From Candidatus Latescibacterota bacterium (GTDB lineage: Bacteria > Latescibacterota > UBA2968 > GCA-2709665): a stretch of 64,000 nt of DNA. The stretch lies in the NCBI GenBank assembly GCA_963667175.2, contig CAXXXF010000014.1, positions 288,001 through 352,000 of the forward strand. Reading direction: 5' to 3'. Under the pieces are notes generated by a model. That model was given only the letters and a program-made list of their open reading frames with translations, was not told where the DNA came from and ran no database searches. Below, piece by piece: positions 1 through 10,696 of the stretch. Every line of letters begins with the position of its first letter. The stretch's first letter is position 1. A program made the translations under genes and the position numbers.

Positions 1-32
1 CGACTGTCTGCTTCCGTGCGCGAGACCCGGCT

Positions 33-722
33 TCAGCCCCCGCGTCCTTCATCGACGATTCTGCCGTCTTCCATCCGAATGATCCGATCGGCCCTCGCGG
101 CCAGCGTCCGATCGTGCGTGGCGATGACGAAGGTCTGTTTCAGGCTGCCGGCCAGCCGCCAGATCAGATCGTGCAGTTCCCGGCTGTGTTCCGCGTCGAG
201 GTTGCCCGAAGGCTCGTCCGCCAGCACCAGCCTGGGCCGCCCGACCAGCGCCCTGGCCACGGCCACGCGCTGGGATTCTCCGCCGGACAGTTCCGAGGGC
301 AGATGATCGCGGCGCTCGAAGAGCCCCACGGCATTCAGCAGTTCCCCCGCCGCGGCCCGCGCTTTGGAAGCGGGCCGCCCCTGGATCATCAGGGGCAGCA
401 TCACGTTTTCTTCCGCGGTAAAATCGTTCAGCAGATGGTGAAACTGAAAAACAAAACCGACCGACTCGTTTCGGAACCGCGCCCGTTCCGTATCCGACAA
501 CGCAAAGACGTCGTTGCCATCGACGTGAACCGTTCCGCCGGTGGGGCGGTCCAGTCCGCCCAATACGTGGAGCAACGTACTCTTACCGACGCCGGAAGGG
601 CCAATCACGGCAACCACTTCGCCCTGCGCGACGGAAAGCGCGACGCCCCTGAGCACCTGTATTTCCGAACGGCCGACCCGGTATCGTTTTACCAGATCCG
701 CAGCCTCCAGCAGGCTACGCAT
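33..722 (-). CDS. lolD: Lipoprotein-release ABC transporter ATP-binding protein
   Basis: Walker A GPSGVGKS, LSGGE signature, LADEPSGNLD and GFVFQFHHLL motif typical of LolD; lies directly after lysS. Confidence 0.85.
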   Translation of the reverse strand: MRSLLEAADLVKRYRVGRSEIQVLRGVALSVAQGEVVAVIGPSGVGKSTLLHVLGGLDRPTGGTVHVDGNDVFALSDTERARFRNESVGFVFQFHHLLNDFTAEENVMLPLMIQGRPASKARAAAGELLNAVGLFERRDHLPSELSGGESQRVAVARALVGRPRLVLADEPSGNLDAEHSRELHDLIWRLAGSLKQTFVIATHDRTLAARADRIIRMEDGRIVDEGRGG

Positions 723-2259
723 CGCCGTCTGTCTCCGGACGGCCCTCCTCGGGACGCATGTGAGGGAAGAGGATGACGTCCCGGATGGAACGCGCGTCGG
801 TGAGGAGCATCACGAGCCGATCCACGCCAAAACCCATCCCGCCCGTAGGCGGCATGCCATATTCCATTGCCCTCAGGAAATCGGCGTCGAGAACCTGCGC
901 CTCCTCGTCCCCGCTCTCCCGCAACGAGGCCTGGTGTTCGAAACGCCTGCGCTGGTCGATCGGATCGTTGAGTTCGGAGAACGCGTTGGCAGCCTCCCAA
1001 CCGCAGATAAACGGCTCGAACCGTTCCGTGAGTTCCGGGTTTTCCCGGTGCCGCTTGGCCAGCGGCGACATTTCCACGGGATAGTCCGTAATAAACGTGG
1101 GTTGAATCAGGTGCGGCTGTACGACCGCGTCGAAAATCTCATCCATCAGATGGCCGCGCTGCGCAGCGTCGTCAACCTCAAGTTCGAAGCTCCGGCAGAC
1201 CTCCCTCAACGCTTCAACAGAAGCGTCGGCCACGTCGACGTTGCCGTACTCCGCAATGGCATCCAGAAGGGTCAACCGCCGCCACGGAGGGCTGAGGTCG
1301 ATCTCCGTTCCCTGATAGACAACCGTGCTCGCCCCGGTAACCGACCTGGCGACCGAATCAAACAACGACTCGGTCAGCGACATCATGTCGTTGTAGTCGG
1401 CGTACGCCTGGTAGGCCTCCAGCATGGTGAATTCGGGATTGTGCGTACGATCGATGCCCTCGTTGCGGAAATCCCGGCTGAATTCGTAGACCTTTTCAAA
1501 TCCGCCGACAATCAGGCGCTTCAGATAGAGCTCGTTCGAGATCCGCAGATAGAGCTTCATATCCAGCGCGTTGTGATGGGTTGTAAACGGCCGCGCAGAG
1601 GCGCCGCCGTACAGCGGCTGCAGAACCGGCGTGTCGGCCTCCAGGAAACCCCGCGCGTCAAAAAAATCGCGAATGGCCGAAAAGGTCGCCGTCCGCTTCC
1701 GAAACACGTCCTTCACTTCCGGATTCAGCGTCAGGTCCAGGTAACGGCGGCGGTACCGCAGTTCCGGGTCGCCGAAGGCATCGTGGACAACCTTCTCGCC
1801 GTCTTTCACCTCTTCCTTGGGCACAGGCAGCGGCCGCACGGCCTTGGAAAGCATTTCGAAGGCCTGCGCCTTCACCGTCATCTCGCCCGTACGGGTCCGG
1901 AATACCGGCCCCTCGACGCCGACGAAATCTCCAATATCGAGCAATTTCCAAAGATCGAACGCCTCTTCGCCCACCGCGTCCCGTCTTACGTAGATCTGAA
2001 TCCGACCCGATTCGTCCTGGAGATCGGCAAAGGCCGACCTTCCATGGTCCCGTCTGGCCATGAGCCGCCCCGCCACCGACACATTCCGCCCGTCCTCTTC
2101 GAGCGTCCGAAACGCCTCCCTTATTTCCCCGGAGCGATGGGTCACTTCAAACCGATACGGATAGGGCTCCACGCCCATTTCCCGTATCGACGCCAGCTTC
2201 TGCAGACGCAGGGCAACCAGTTGCGTCTCCGGGGCGGAAGACGCCCCTTCCTGAGCCAA
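715..2259 (-). CDS. lysS: Lysine--tRNA ligase (class II)
   Basis: OB-fold N-terminus, YLRISNELYLKRL, FRNEG..HNPEFTMLE, EYGMPPTGG.GFGVDRL; TTG start at 2259 chosen for the upstream GGGAGG. Confidence 0.97.
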   Translation of the reverse strand: MAQEGASSAPETQLVALRLQKLASIREMGVEPYPYRFEVTHRSGEIREAFRTLEEDGRNVSVAGRLMARRDHGRSAFADLQDESGRIQIYVRRDAVGEEAFDLWKLLDIGDFVGVEGPVFRTRTGEMTVKAQAFEMLSKAVRPLPVPKEEVKDGEKVVHDAFGDPELRYRRRYLDLTLNPEVKDVFRKRTATFSAIRDFFDARGFLEADTPVLQPLYGGASARPFTTHHNALDMKLYLRISNELYLKRLIVGGFEKVYEFSRDFRNEGIDRTHNPEFTMLEAYQAYADYNDMMSLTESLFDSVARSVTGASTVVYQGTEIDLSPPWRRLTLLDAIAEYGNVDVADASVEALREVCRSFELEVDDAAQRGHLMDEIFDAVVQPHLIQPTFITDYPVEMSPLAKRHRENPELTERFEPFICGWEAANAFSELNDPIDQRRRFEHQASLRESGDEEAQVLDADFLRAMEYGMPPTGGMGFGVDRLVMLLTDARSIRDVILFPHMRPEEGRPETDGDA

Positions 2260-2381
2260 ACGGATCCCTCCCGAAATAAACAAAAATAACCGGTTGATGA
2301 TTTTACACCAACGCCCGGATTAACCGGTCGAAAATAACATAATCAATACATACGGGCAAGTCAAGCCCTTTGCCCCACAGA

Positions 2382-3498
2382 TTACGCCTCTCCCTTCTGT
2401 TCCAGAAACGCCCGCATGAAGCCGTCCAGATCCCCGTCCATGACGTCCTGAACACCTGACGTCTCGAATCCGGTCCGGAGGTCTTTGACGAGCTGATAGG
2501 GGTGGAGCACGTAGTTGCGGACCTGGCTTCCGAACTCGATCTTCTTCTTGTCCTTCTCGATCTCCGCGCGGGCCTTCTCTTCCTCCTCCCTGTAGTGCTG
2601 GTACAGCCTGGCTTTGAGGATTTTCATGGCGGAGTTCCGGTTCTTGTGCTGCGAACGTTCGTTCTGACACTGAACCACGATACCCGTGGGATGGTGCGTG
2701 ATCCGTACGGCCGAGTCGGTCTTGTTCACGTGCTGCCCGCCAGCCCCGCTGGATCGATAGGTATCCACACGGATATCCTCCGGCTGGATCTCCACCTCGA
2801 TATCGCCCTCCGCCTCGGGATACACGGAAACAGACGCGAAGGACGTATGTCGCCTGCGGCCGGAATCGAACGGCGAAAGCCGAACCAGCCGGTGTACCCC
2901 CATTTCAGATTTGAGGTATCCGTACGCGTATTCTCCCTTCATTTCGATGACCACGCTCTTGACGCCGGCCGTCTCCCCCGGAAGAAGGTCCAGCACGTCC
3001 GCCCGGAAACCGCGGCGTTCGGCCCAACGGCTGTACATCCTCATCAGCATCTGCGCCCAGTCGGCCGATTCCGTGCCGCCCGCCCCGGGATGGATTGCCA
3101 GGATGGCATCCAGACGATCCTCCTTATCGCCCATCATATGCCGGAATTCAAGCACTTCAAGCTCCGCCGCCAGCGCCCCGTGTTCCCGGTGAAGGTCCCG
3201 CAGCGTCTCGTCGTCCTTCTCTTCGCGGACAAGATCGTATAACTCCTCCAGTTCCGTGAGCCGCTCATCCAGCCCACGCCATCCGGTTGCCCAATCTTTG
3301 TGGCCATTCACTTCATCGATGATCTGCCTGGCGCGTTCCCGATCGTCCCAGAATCCCGGACGCTCCATCGACCTTTCGAGTTCGGCGATCCGGGCTTCCC
3401 GGGATACCAGGTCAAAGAAACCTCCGGAGATTTTCCAGCCGGTCGCGGCTTTCGGCCAACCCGGATTTCAAATCGGTAAACTGCAGATCGACTGCCAT
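2382..3498 (-). CDS. prfB: Peptide chain release factor 2, translated by programmed +1 frameshift
   Basis: GGQ motif and SPF tripeptide; a short ORF from ATG 3498 ends in CTT TGA C (3417-3411) and continues in the +1 frame into the long ORF. Confidence 0.96.
3411..3425 (-). promoter_or_regulatory. RF2 autoregulatory +1 frameshift site (internal SD GGAGG plus CTT TGA C)
   Basis: Minus strand reads GGAGG TTT CTT TGA C, the canonical prfB shift signal. Confidence 0.93.
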
Positions 3499-3543
3499 AT
3501 CCGACAACTCCTTTCAGTGACAGAACAGAGCCCGACCTCTGTC

Positions 3544-4203
3544 TTACCTGAGGTCAATCACTTCGACACCGTCGGGCGGCACGAATGTGAACAGATCCGG
3601 TTTCAACTTCCCGTCCACTTTCAAACGGCTGATTTCGTACGTGGTCACATCGTCGTTCAGATTCAGGTACTCCGCCCGGCGGACGAGCCAGAGCTTTCTG
3701 TCTACCCACAGGCGGATACGGGAGATATAACTCTCTTCCTCCCTGGCCGTCAATTCCACGCGGTAACAGCGCTTGCCGTCAACGCGCTCTTCTCCCGCAA
3801 GCCGCGGGTCGTAGCGCGCCTCGTACCCTCCCAGCAGAACGAGATCGAAGAGCAGCTTCTCGTAACTCCTGTCGCCGGTTGCCCGATCGTAGCTGCTCAG
3901 CAGTACCTGTTCGTTCTCCGGCGTGTAGTTCCAGGCGCGTTCGCCATCGGACACCACCGTCTGCACCCGTGTCTCGAAGCGAAACTGATTCGGTTTCCGG
4001 ACGTACATGCGGCCGCCCAGTTCCGTCTTCTGATCGACGAGTTTCCAGTAGTGGCTCTTCCTGAACCTGGCGCTGATGCTCGTAAGCTTTTCATATCGCT
4101 GCTGTTGCCTGCGAATCACCTCTCGGCCGTCGATGCCGCGCACGTCCTCGGGCGCCAGAACCGCGCACGCGAAAAACAGCATTTTGAGCCAGCCGACGAC
4201 CAT
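3544..4203 (-). CDS. lolA: Outer-membrane lipoprotein carrier protein LolA family
   Basis: G.M.VRKPNQFRFE, QTVVSDGERAWNY.P..EQV, C-terminal LFTFVPPDGVEVID; follows ftsK as usual. Confidence 0.85.
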   Translation of the reverse strand: MVVGWLKMLFFACAVLAPEDVRGIDGREVIRRQQQRYEKLTSISARFRKSHYWKLVDQKTELGGRMYVRKPNQFRFETRVQTVVSDGERAWNYTPENEQVLLSSYDRATGDRSYEKLLFDLVLLGGYEARYDPRLAGEERVDGKRCYRVELTAREEESYISRIRLWVDRKLWLVRRAEYLNLNDDVTTYEISRLKVDGKLKPDLFTFVPPDGVEVIDLR

Positions 4204-4292
4204 GCGCCTACCCTCGCGTAAATTGCCTGCCGGAACCACCTGGCGCGCCGTCGCCCGCCTCGGTCCGCCCTTCGCCGCTCGCCATCCGGCAT

Positions 4293-6644
4293 TCACGCCG
4301 CATCGGGATCGTCCTCGTCGTGCCGGTCCAGGTACTCAATGCCGACCAGCACCTCCCGCCCCTTGCTGCCGCCGTCCGACGGCCCGACGATTCCGGCCTG
4401 CTCCAGCTCATCCACCAGACGCGCGGCACGGGCGTACCCCACCTTCATGCGGCGCTGCAGCAGCGAGGCAGACCCCTGCTGATGCGTAACGACCAGTCGC
4501 AACGCCTCGTCGAACCGCTTGTCGCGGGTCCCCTCGGCAAGCGTCAGTTCGTTTTCGTCCACGCCGAGATCCAGCTGTTCCAGAGCCACGCCCTGTCCGC
4601 TCACCCATTCCACCAGGCGTTCGGTCTCCTCGGTTGTCATGTTCGCGCCGTGAACGCGCACGGGTTCCGGTTTGCCCGCGGGCATGAACAGCATATCGCC
4701 GCGGCCCAGGAGCTTCTCGGCGCCGTTGCAGTCCAGGATGGTGCGAGAATCCACTTTCGATGCCACGCGAAACGCGATGCGCGACGGGAAGTTCGCCTTG
4801 ATCGTTCCGGTGATGACGTTAACGGACGGCCGTTGCGTCGCCAAGATCAGATGGATCCCCACCGCACGGGCCATCTGCGCCAGCCGGGCCAGCGAATCCT
4901 CGATGTCCGCGGGCGCCGTCATCATCAGGTCCGCGAGCTCATCGACCACAACGACGATATAAGGCAACTTCGACGCCACCTCACGACGGTCTTCTTCGGT
5001 ATTCGCCTCCGCCCGCATCTTATCCAGTTTGTTGTTGAAGTCCGTGATGTTCCGGACGTTGTACTGCGCCAGGTTTCGATAGCGGTCCTCCATTTCCGCC
5101 ACCGTCCACCGCAACGCCTCGGACGCCTTTTGTGGTTCCGTGACCACCGGCGCCAGCAGATGTGGAATGCTGTTGTAGATCGACAATTCCAGCATCTTCG
5201 GATCCACCATGATGAAACGGACCTCTTCGGGTCGGCACCGCACGAGTATGCTGGTGATCAGCACGTTGATGCATACCGACTTCCCGCTGCCCGTCGCGCC
5301 GGCGATCAACAGGTGGGGCATGGACGCCAGGCTGGTGCAGACGGATTCTCCGGTGGCGGATTTGCCCAACGCCAGCATCAGCCTGTCGTCGGCGCCATGA
5401 AAGGCATCGGATTCCAGAATCTCCCGCAGGAAGACGGTTGACGGATTTGCATTCGGAACCTCGATTCCCACCGCCGCTTTGCCGGGGATCGGCGCCTGAA
5501 TACGGATGCTTCGCGCCTTCATCACCAGCGCGAGGTCGTCCGAAAGATTGACAATGCGGTTCACCTTCACCCCGCGCGGCGGCTGCACTTCGTATCCGGT
5601 GACGACGGGCCCCGGATTCACCTGAACCACCTTGCCTTCGATACCGAAACTGCTCAGACTGTGTTCGAGGGTCTGCGCCCCTTCCAGCAGAACCGACCGG
5701 TCGGGTCCCTCTTCCGTTTGCGCGGGCTCGTTCAGCAGTTCCGGGTCAGGCAGCCGGTACTCGACGTCTTCGCCTTCCGGCGCCTCCATCTTCCGCTTCG
5801 GTGCGGACGCGGCAGCTATTTCGACGGGGTCTGCAACGATTTCGGGATCGAGTGACGGCGCCGGTTCCTCATCCGGTTCATCCACGTTGTCGTAAGCGGG
5901 AAACGGCTCGGAGAGCGTGTCTTCGGGCACGACGACGGGTTCCGGCCCGGCCTCGTTCCAGGGCTCGTCCTCCTGCGGCGGCAGGACGGGTTGCGTCCGC
6001 TCCGATTCCCGGCCTTCCTCGCTTTGTGCCGGTTCCGGGACCAGGGATGCGGCCTCGCCGTTCGTTCCGGTCCGGTTTTTCTTCGCACGTGCCGCCCACA
6101 GGTCCGGAATCCGGGAAAAGCGAAGGCCGGTCAGGAGCATGAAGAACACCAGAAACAGGGCGCTCAATAGAATATACGCCCCGACAAGGCCAAGATAGGG
6201 AACCAGAATTCTGGACGCCAGGGTCACGCCCAACCACCCGCCCATCAGGAACGAAAGGTGGGATTCCCCTCGCGAAGGCACGCCCGTCGCGCCGCAATAT
6301 ATCACCACCAGGGCCAGCAACAAGAGGCTGCGGGAGACAAGAGGCAGGGCGGGATGGTCTCTGAAACGGTTCCAACCCCACATCAGGACGATGACGACCA
6401 GCACGTAGGCGCAATGACCGACCGCGAACAGAAGATAGAAGGAAACCTGGCTGCCGATCCATCCCGCCATATTCTCCGTCAGTTCCGGCGCACGGCCCGA
6501 ATTCGGGGGATCCTGAGGGGAATGCGTAACCAGGCTTACCGCCATCAGCAACGCGACCGCGAATAGGAGCACCCCGCTGACCTGATTGACCAGATCCGGC
6601 TTATCATCCAATTCTTCGGTGACTTCAAACGGTTCCTTTCTCAT
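4293..6644 (-). CDS. ftsK: DNA translocase FtsK
   Basis: N-terminal TM domain, MPHLLIAGATGSGKS, VVDELADLM, ATQRPSV, gamma domain SASLLQRRMKVGYARAARL. Confidence 0.96.
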   Translation of the reverse strand: MRKEPFEVTEELDDKPDLVNQVSGVLLFAVALLMAVSLVTHSPQDPPNSGRAPELTENMAGWIGSQVSFYLLFAVGHCAYVLVVIVLMWGWNRFRDHPALPLVSRSLLLLALVVIYCGATGVPSRGESHLSFLMGGWLGVTLASRILVPYLGLVGAYILLSALFLVFFMLLTGLRFSRIPDLWAARAKKNRTGTNGEAASLVPEPAQSEEGRESERTQPVLPPQEDEPWNEAGPEPVVVPEDTLSEPFPAYDNVDEPDEEPAPSLDPEIVADPVEIAAASAPKRKMEAPEGEDVEYRLPDPELLNEPAQTEEGPDRSVLLEGAQTLEHSLSSFGIEGKVVQVNPGPVVTGYEVQPPRGVKVNRIVNLSDDLALVMKARSIRIQAPIPGKAAVGIEVPNANPSTVFLREILESDAFHGADDRLMLALGKSATGESVCTSLASMPHLLIAGATGSGKSVCINVLITSILVRCRPEEVRFIMVDPKMLELSIYNSIPHLLAPVVTEPQKASEALRWTVAEMEDRYRNLAQYNVRNITDFNNKLDKMRAEANTEEDRREVASKLPYIVVVVDELADLMMTAPADIEDSLARLAQMARAVGIHLILATQRPSVNVITGTIKANFPSRIAFRVASKVDSRTILDCNGAEKLLGRGDMLFMPAGKPEPVRVHGANMTTEETERLVEWVSGQGVALEQLDLGVDENELTLAEGTRDKRFDEALRLVVTHQQGSASLLQRRMKVGYARAARLVDELEQAGIVGPSDGGSKGREVLVGIEYLDRHDEDDPDAA

Positions 6645-6809
6645 ATGAGTTCCACCCTTGTCTTGTCGCGTCCAAGGGGACGAAAGAACGCGTGGGCCGT
6701 TCCTGAACGACACCCGTCCGCGGGATCAGGAGCGCGCGGGGCATTCCGAGTCGGCTTCTGAGACGCCGGCGCAGGGGATTCGCCGGTCCTGCAGGCTATG
6801 ACACAATCG

Positions 6810-8501
6810 CTAGAGTCCTCTCGCAAACACAACGGGAGCTCTGGTCCTAAAGATACGGTCTTCCAGCAAAGTCTCCAAAAATAAGATGTAAATGCCCGGC
6901 TTCAACGGCGCCCCGTCGTCACCCGTCCCGTCCCACGTCACACTTCGCCGGCTTCCGCCTTCGGCGGCATTCAGGAGCGATTTGACCGGGTGGCCGGACC
7001 TGTCGTAAACCCAGAGATTCACATCCGCGCGCGGGGCTGGAAGAAGGTAGCGTATTTCCACCCGATCGTAAAAGGGATTGGGTTCGGCAAGGAGCTGGAC
7101 GGCGTTGATGCCGCTTCCCTGCGCAACGCTGTTTTCACGGCCCGGCGTCGCGCCGTCACGGTGGGTGCTCGCCAACCAGTTCTGAGGGTCATCGCCGGAT
7201 CCCGACGCCGAAATCCGTTCGAGCGACAGTCCATCGAACGGCGCCTCGCCGTACGACATCCGATCCACAACCCCGCCGGTTGCATCCCGAACGACCACGG
7301 CGTCCCCGCTGTCGTTCAGGCGGGCCCACCGTCCGGGCGCAACAACGCGGACGGTCCGGTCGGGGAACCGGCTGTAGAACCGGTCGACGTCTTCGGCCAC
7401 CACCAGGTACGTATCCGGCGCCAGAAGAAGGGGTTCGCGTCCGAACCTCCCTCCAGAGGACGCCGCGTCGTCTATTCGCCACGCGACCAGGTCCAGCGCC
7501 TTCCCGGAACGGTTGAAAAGTTCCACCCATTCCGGGTCCCCTTCCGCCGGAGAAGCCATGACTTCATTGACAACCACGGCGCCGGGTCCGGCGCCGCCCA
7601 ACACCGTCCAGGTCAGCTGGTTGTTCGATGGTTCCTCATCGGCATCGAACGCGACCCGGGCCACGTATTCGTGCCGTCCGGGCGGTACGATTCCGATCGG
7701 CGTTTCGATCCGGAGAATTTCCGCCGGCCCCAGGCCCGGGAAATCCCGGCGCCAACCGGAGATTCCGTCGACCTCCACGGAGAACACAGACGCCGGTCGA
7801 CGCCCACGGTTTTCCACCGCCAGGACAAAATCGCGGGTCACGCCGGCCGGTACCGGAAACGGCGATTCCGATACCCTCGACAGCGCCAGATCGTAGTCCC
7901 TGGGGCTGACGCTGTTGGCGCGCCCCGGCGTCCCTCCCTCCCACCGTGAATCCGTCCAGTTATCCGGCCCGTCGCCTCCCGCGGGGTCGATTTTCTCTTC
8001 CGAGAACCCCGGTCTGTTTCCCGTGGTGTAGACCATCGCGCCAACGGTGTCGCCGGACGAAGAAACCAGCACGACCCGCTCCGGCGCCGAATTGCTCAGG
8101 CCGGAATTTCCGAGCGTGGCGTCTGAGACCGTGAGGATCAGCGCCGAAGCGGGCAGCGGATCGTAACGGGTCGAGTTCGCGAAATACCCCGCGTCCAGAA
8201 TCAGCCCGAATGCCCCGGGCGGCAGCAGAGACCCGCCGCCCTCGAAGACCAGTTCGTCCGCTTCGTCGCCGTCGCCGGCTTTCCATCCCGCCAGATTCAC
8301 CGGTTCGTCGCCGGTATTCTGAATTTCGATGTATTCGTCGGTAAACTCGCTGCCCGACGGATCGAACATCACCTCGCTGATCACCACGCGACTCTCGGCC
8401 CGTCCCCATGAAATCAGCACCGCAAGGAGCGCGATGCAGCCGAGTGCAAAGGACCCGTTGCAGCGAATCCACGGGGTCCGACGCGTCGCATACCCGATCA
8501 T
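6810..8501 (-). CDS. Secreted protein with two lamin-tail domains, an Ig/CARDB-like segment and a C-terminal FlgD-Ig/T9SS-like domain
   Basis: VVISEVMFDP..EYIEI and VVVNEVM..EWVELFN repeats, two TPGR.NS motifs, PNPF...WDG...PGIY C-terminus; ATGA overlap with the upstream gene. Confidence 0.8.
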   Translation of the reverse strand: MIGYATRRTPWIRCNGSFALGCIALLAVLISWGRAESRVVISEVMFDPSGSEFTDEYIEIQNTGDEPVNLAGWKAGDGDEADELVFEGGGSLLPPGAFGLILDAGYFANSTRYDPLPASALILTVSDATLGNSGLSNSAPERVVLVSSSGDTVGAMVYTTGNRPGFSEEKIDPAGGDGPDNWTDSRWEGGTPGRANSVSPRDYDLALSRVSESPFPVPAGVTRDFVLAVENRGRRPASVFSVEVDGISGWRRDFPGLGPAEILRIETPIGIVPPGRHEYVARVAFDADEEPSNNQLTWTVLGGAGPGAVVVNEVMASPAEGDPEWVELFNRSGKALDLVAWRIDDAASSGGRFGREPLLLAPDTYLVVAEDVDRFYSRFPDRTVRVVAPGRWARLNDSGDAVVVRDATGGVVDRMSYGEAPFDGLSLERISASGSGDDPQNWLASTHRDGATPGRENSVAQGSGINAVQLLAEPNPFYDRVEIRYLLPAPRADVNLWVYDRSGHPVKSLLNAAEGGSRRSVTWDGTGDDGAPLKPGIYILFLETLLEDRIFRTRAPVVFARGL

Positions 8502-10666
8502 ATCATGCCCCGCCTGCGCCGGGCCGTCCACTCCGCGCCAAGCAGCAGGATGAGAACGAATAGCGGCCATGGTTTCCCCCAGAGCCGGGTCCGGTACGAT
8601 TCGGCTACCGGCTGGGGGGCCAGTTCGAGATCGTTCAGAACCGAGTCCAGACGGTCGGGCGACGCAAAGACGCCACCGCTTTGCACGGCCAGACCCTCCA
8701 GAAGATCCCGGTTCATTCGCATGTCTTCATACTCCAGGCTGTACCGGCCCACGGTGAACCGCCCGGCGCCGCTTCCAAGGTCGATGCCGCCCATGCGGGC
8801 TCGCGCTTCAAATCCATAGTCGCCCTGGGCGCCCGCTTTCAGTTGCCCGCGGTACCTACCCTGGCCTTCATCGTCCAACACGGTTTGCCGCACGCGGTCC
8901 CCGTCCACGACAGAGACCGACACGCGAGCGCCTTCCTGCGGCCGGAGCAATTCGTTGAAAACACGGGCGTGAAACGTGACCGGAGCACCGCTGCGATAGA
9001 CCGGTTTGTCCACTTCCACCTGTATGCGGGCTACGTCCTCCCGCTTTGTCAGCCACTGAACCGAATTCGCCCAGAACGCCTTCGACGCCTCGTCGTTCCT
9101 GCCGACACCCCACGTCATGAGACCGAGACGCCAGAACGTCCTGACCGTCACGGCCATCACCTTGCCCGCGCCCGCGCGACACACGGCAACCAGAGGCATC
9201 TTTTCCCGGCCGGCGCGTTCGACCGGATGAAATATCAGGGTTTCGGCATTCGGTCGCCGACCCTCGTTGAGGTTGCACGCCAGAAGCGGAGGAAGATCGC
9301 TCCAGGCCTGCCGGTCCGTCAAGGGGTCGTCCGAGACCCTGAGAATCGGATGCAAGGGTCCGGACCGCGGCACTTCGAGCCGGAATGACGCCTCACGATA
9401 CGTAATCTCGTCCGGAGAGCACAGGACCGGCAGCACCCGCGCCAAGGGCGACCGCGCGTATGCCCCGTTGAATCCGTCCCGTCCGCCCACCACGAGCAGG
9501 GCGCCTCCCGATTCCACGTATTCGGCCAGCCGACGGCCCGGCTGCCCCAGGAGCATCTCCCCGGGCAGATCGAAGAGGACGACGAGTTCCGACTCCCCGG
9601 CATCGCTCAACGCCGTCCGCATCCGATAGGGCCGATCCTCCGGCATTAGGGCAATGTGCGCGTCCATCTGCAGATTCTCGTTGGCCTCCAGCAAACGGCG
9701 CAGATAGGCAAGGTCGGCGTCCGGAGAACCTGCAACCATCAGAACCCGCAGACGGTTCTCCAAAACTTCCGCCGATACGACGGCGGTATTGTTCGCCCTG
9801 GAGCGTTCCGCCGGCTGCGCGGGGAGTTTCACTTCGTACACAGACCGTCCGGCCCTGTCCGGCGATACACGAAAGCGGACCTCCTGCTCGCCGTCCGTCA
9901 GCGTGACCGGCGCCTCCGCCAACCGGCGCCCGTCCTCTTCGACAACCAGAAAGGACGTTGCGCCTTCACATCCGCTCGATTTCAGTCCGACCGAAATCGA
10001 CAGCGGCCGCCCGACGTAACCCATCGGATCGCACACGGCGGACACGATTGCCGCATCCTTCGGCGCGTCCGCGTTCCCCACGCCCACCGCAATTACCGGG
10101 GCGCCCAGCGCGAGCGCGGCCCCTTCCGGCCTCGCCCCCAGGTTGTGAGCCCCGTCGGAGATCAACACCGCCGCGACCAGTCCTTCGCCGGCCGTCTCTT
10201 CTCGCAGCATATTCAGCGCGGCGGCCAGGTCGGTTGCCCGCCCGTCGAAGCGCAGCGAATCCAGGCTCGATGGCGGCACGGGCGCGGTCCATTCGGAGAA
10301 GCGATACCTGGCCACCCGGGCACGCGACGCCAGCGCTTCGAACGTACCGCTCTTCAGGAGGTCCATCGCACGGTCGCCGCGCGTCCGCCCGCCGTCCTCG
10401 ATCCGCATGCTCTCGCTTTCGTCCACCAGTACGGCCACGAGCGGCTTGCGTTCGCGCCGCATCGTGAGCGCAAGGACGGGTTCCATCATCAGCACCAGCA
10501 GAAGAAGAAACGCCGTGCACCGCAATACCAGCAACCAGCGTACCAAGCGAAATTCCTGTTTTCTGGCGCGGTACGCCTGCCAGACCAGGTATATGCAGGC
10601 CGGTACCAGCAGACCCAGCCACAATCCGTCGCGCAAACTCAGATCCAGATCTGACAACCGGAACAT
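8498..10666 (-). CDS. Membrane-anchored VWA-domain / glutamine-amidotransferase-like protein
   Basis: N-terminal TM helices, MIDAS DESESM, TDL, LISDG, YVESGGALLVVGG, C-terminal EW..RRR.G. Confidence 0.75.
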   Translation of the reverse strand: MFRLSDLDLSLRDGLWLGLLVPACIYLVWQAYRARKQEFRLVRWLLVLRCTAFLLLLVLMMEPVLALTMRRERKPLVAVLVDESESMRIEDGGRTRGDRAMDLLKSGTFEALASRARVARYRFSEWTAPVPPSSLDSLRFDGRATDLAAALNMLREETAGEGLVAAVLISDGAHNLGARPEGAALALGAPVIAVGVGNADAPKDAAIVSAVCDPMGYVGRPLSISVGLKSSGCEGATSFLVVEEDGRRLAEAPVTLTDGEQEVRFRVSPDRAGRSVYEVKLPAQPAERSRANNTAVVSAEVLENRLRVLMVAGSPDADLAYLRRLLEANENLQMDAHIALMPEDRPYRMRTALSDAGESELVVLFDLPGEMLLGQPGRRLAEYVESGGALLVVGGRDGFNGAYARSPLARVLPVLCSPDEITYREASFRLEVPRSGPLHPILRVSDDPLTDRQAWSDLPPLLACNLNEGRRPNAETLIFHPVERAGREKMPLVAVCRAGAGKVMAVTVRTFWRLGLMTWGVGRNDEASKAFWANSVQWLTKREDVARIQVEVDKPVYRSGAPVTFHARVFNELLRPQEGARVSVSVVDGDRVRQTVLDDEGQGRYRGQLKAGAQGDYGFEARARMGGIDLGSGAGRFTVGRYSLEYEDMRMNRDLLEGLAVQSGGVFASPDRLDSVLNDLELAPQPVAESYRTRLWGKPWPLFVLILLLGAEWTARRRRGMI

Positions 10667-10696
10667 AGGGAACTCATCGTGTCGCGTGAGGCCGGG

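Noticed and set aside
541-2289. Long antisense ORFs (e.g. 541-2289, 4320-5441, 12566-13825, 46539-47966, 52638-54077)
   Set aside because: Shadow frames opposite well-supported genes in high-GC DNA, with no recognisable motifs.
2287-2330. Two TAACCGGT motifs upstream of lysS as an operator
   Set aside because: Short motifs that could arise by chance, with no independent support.
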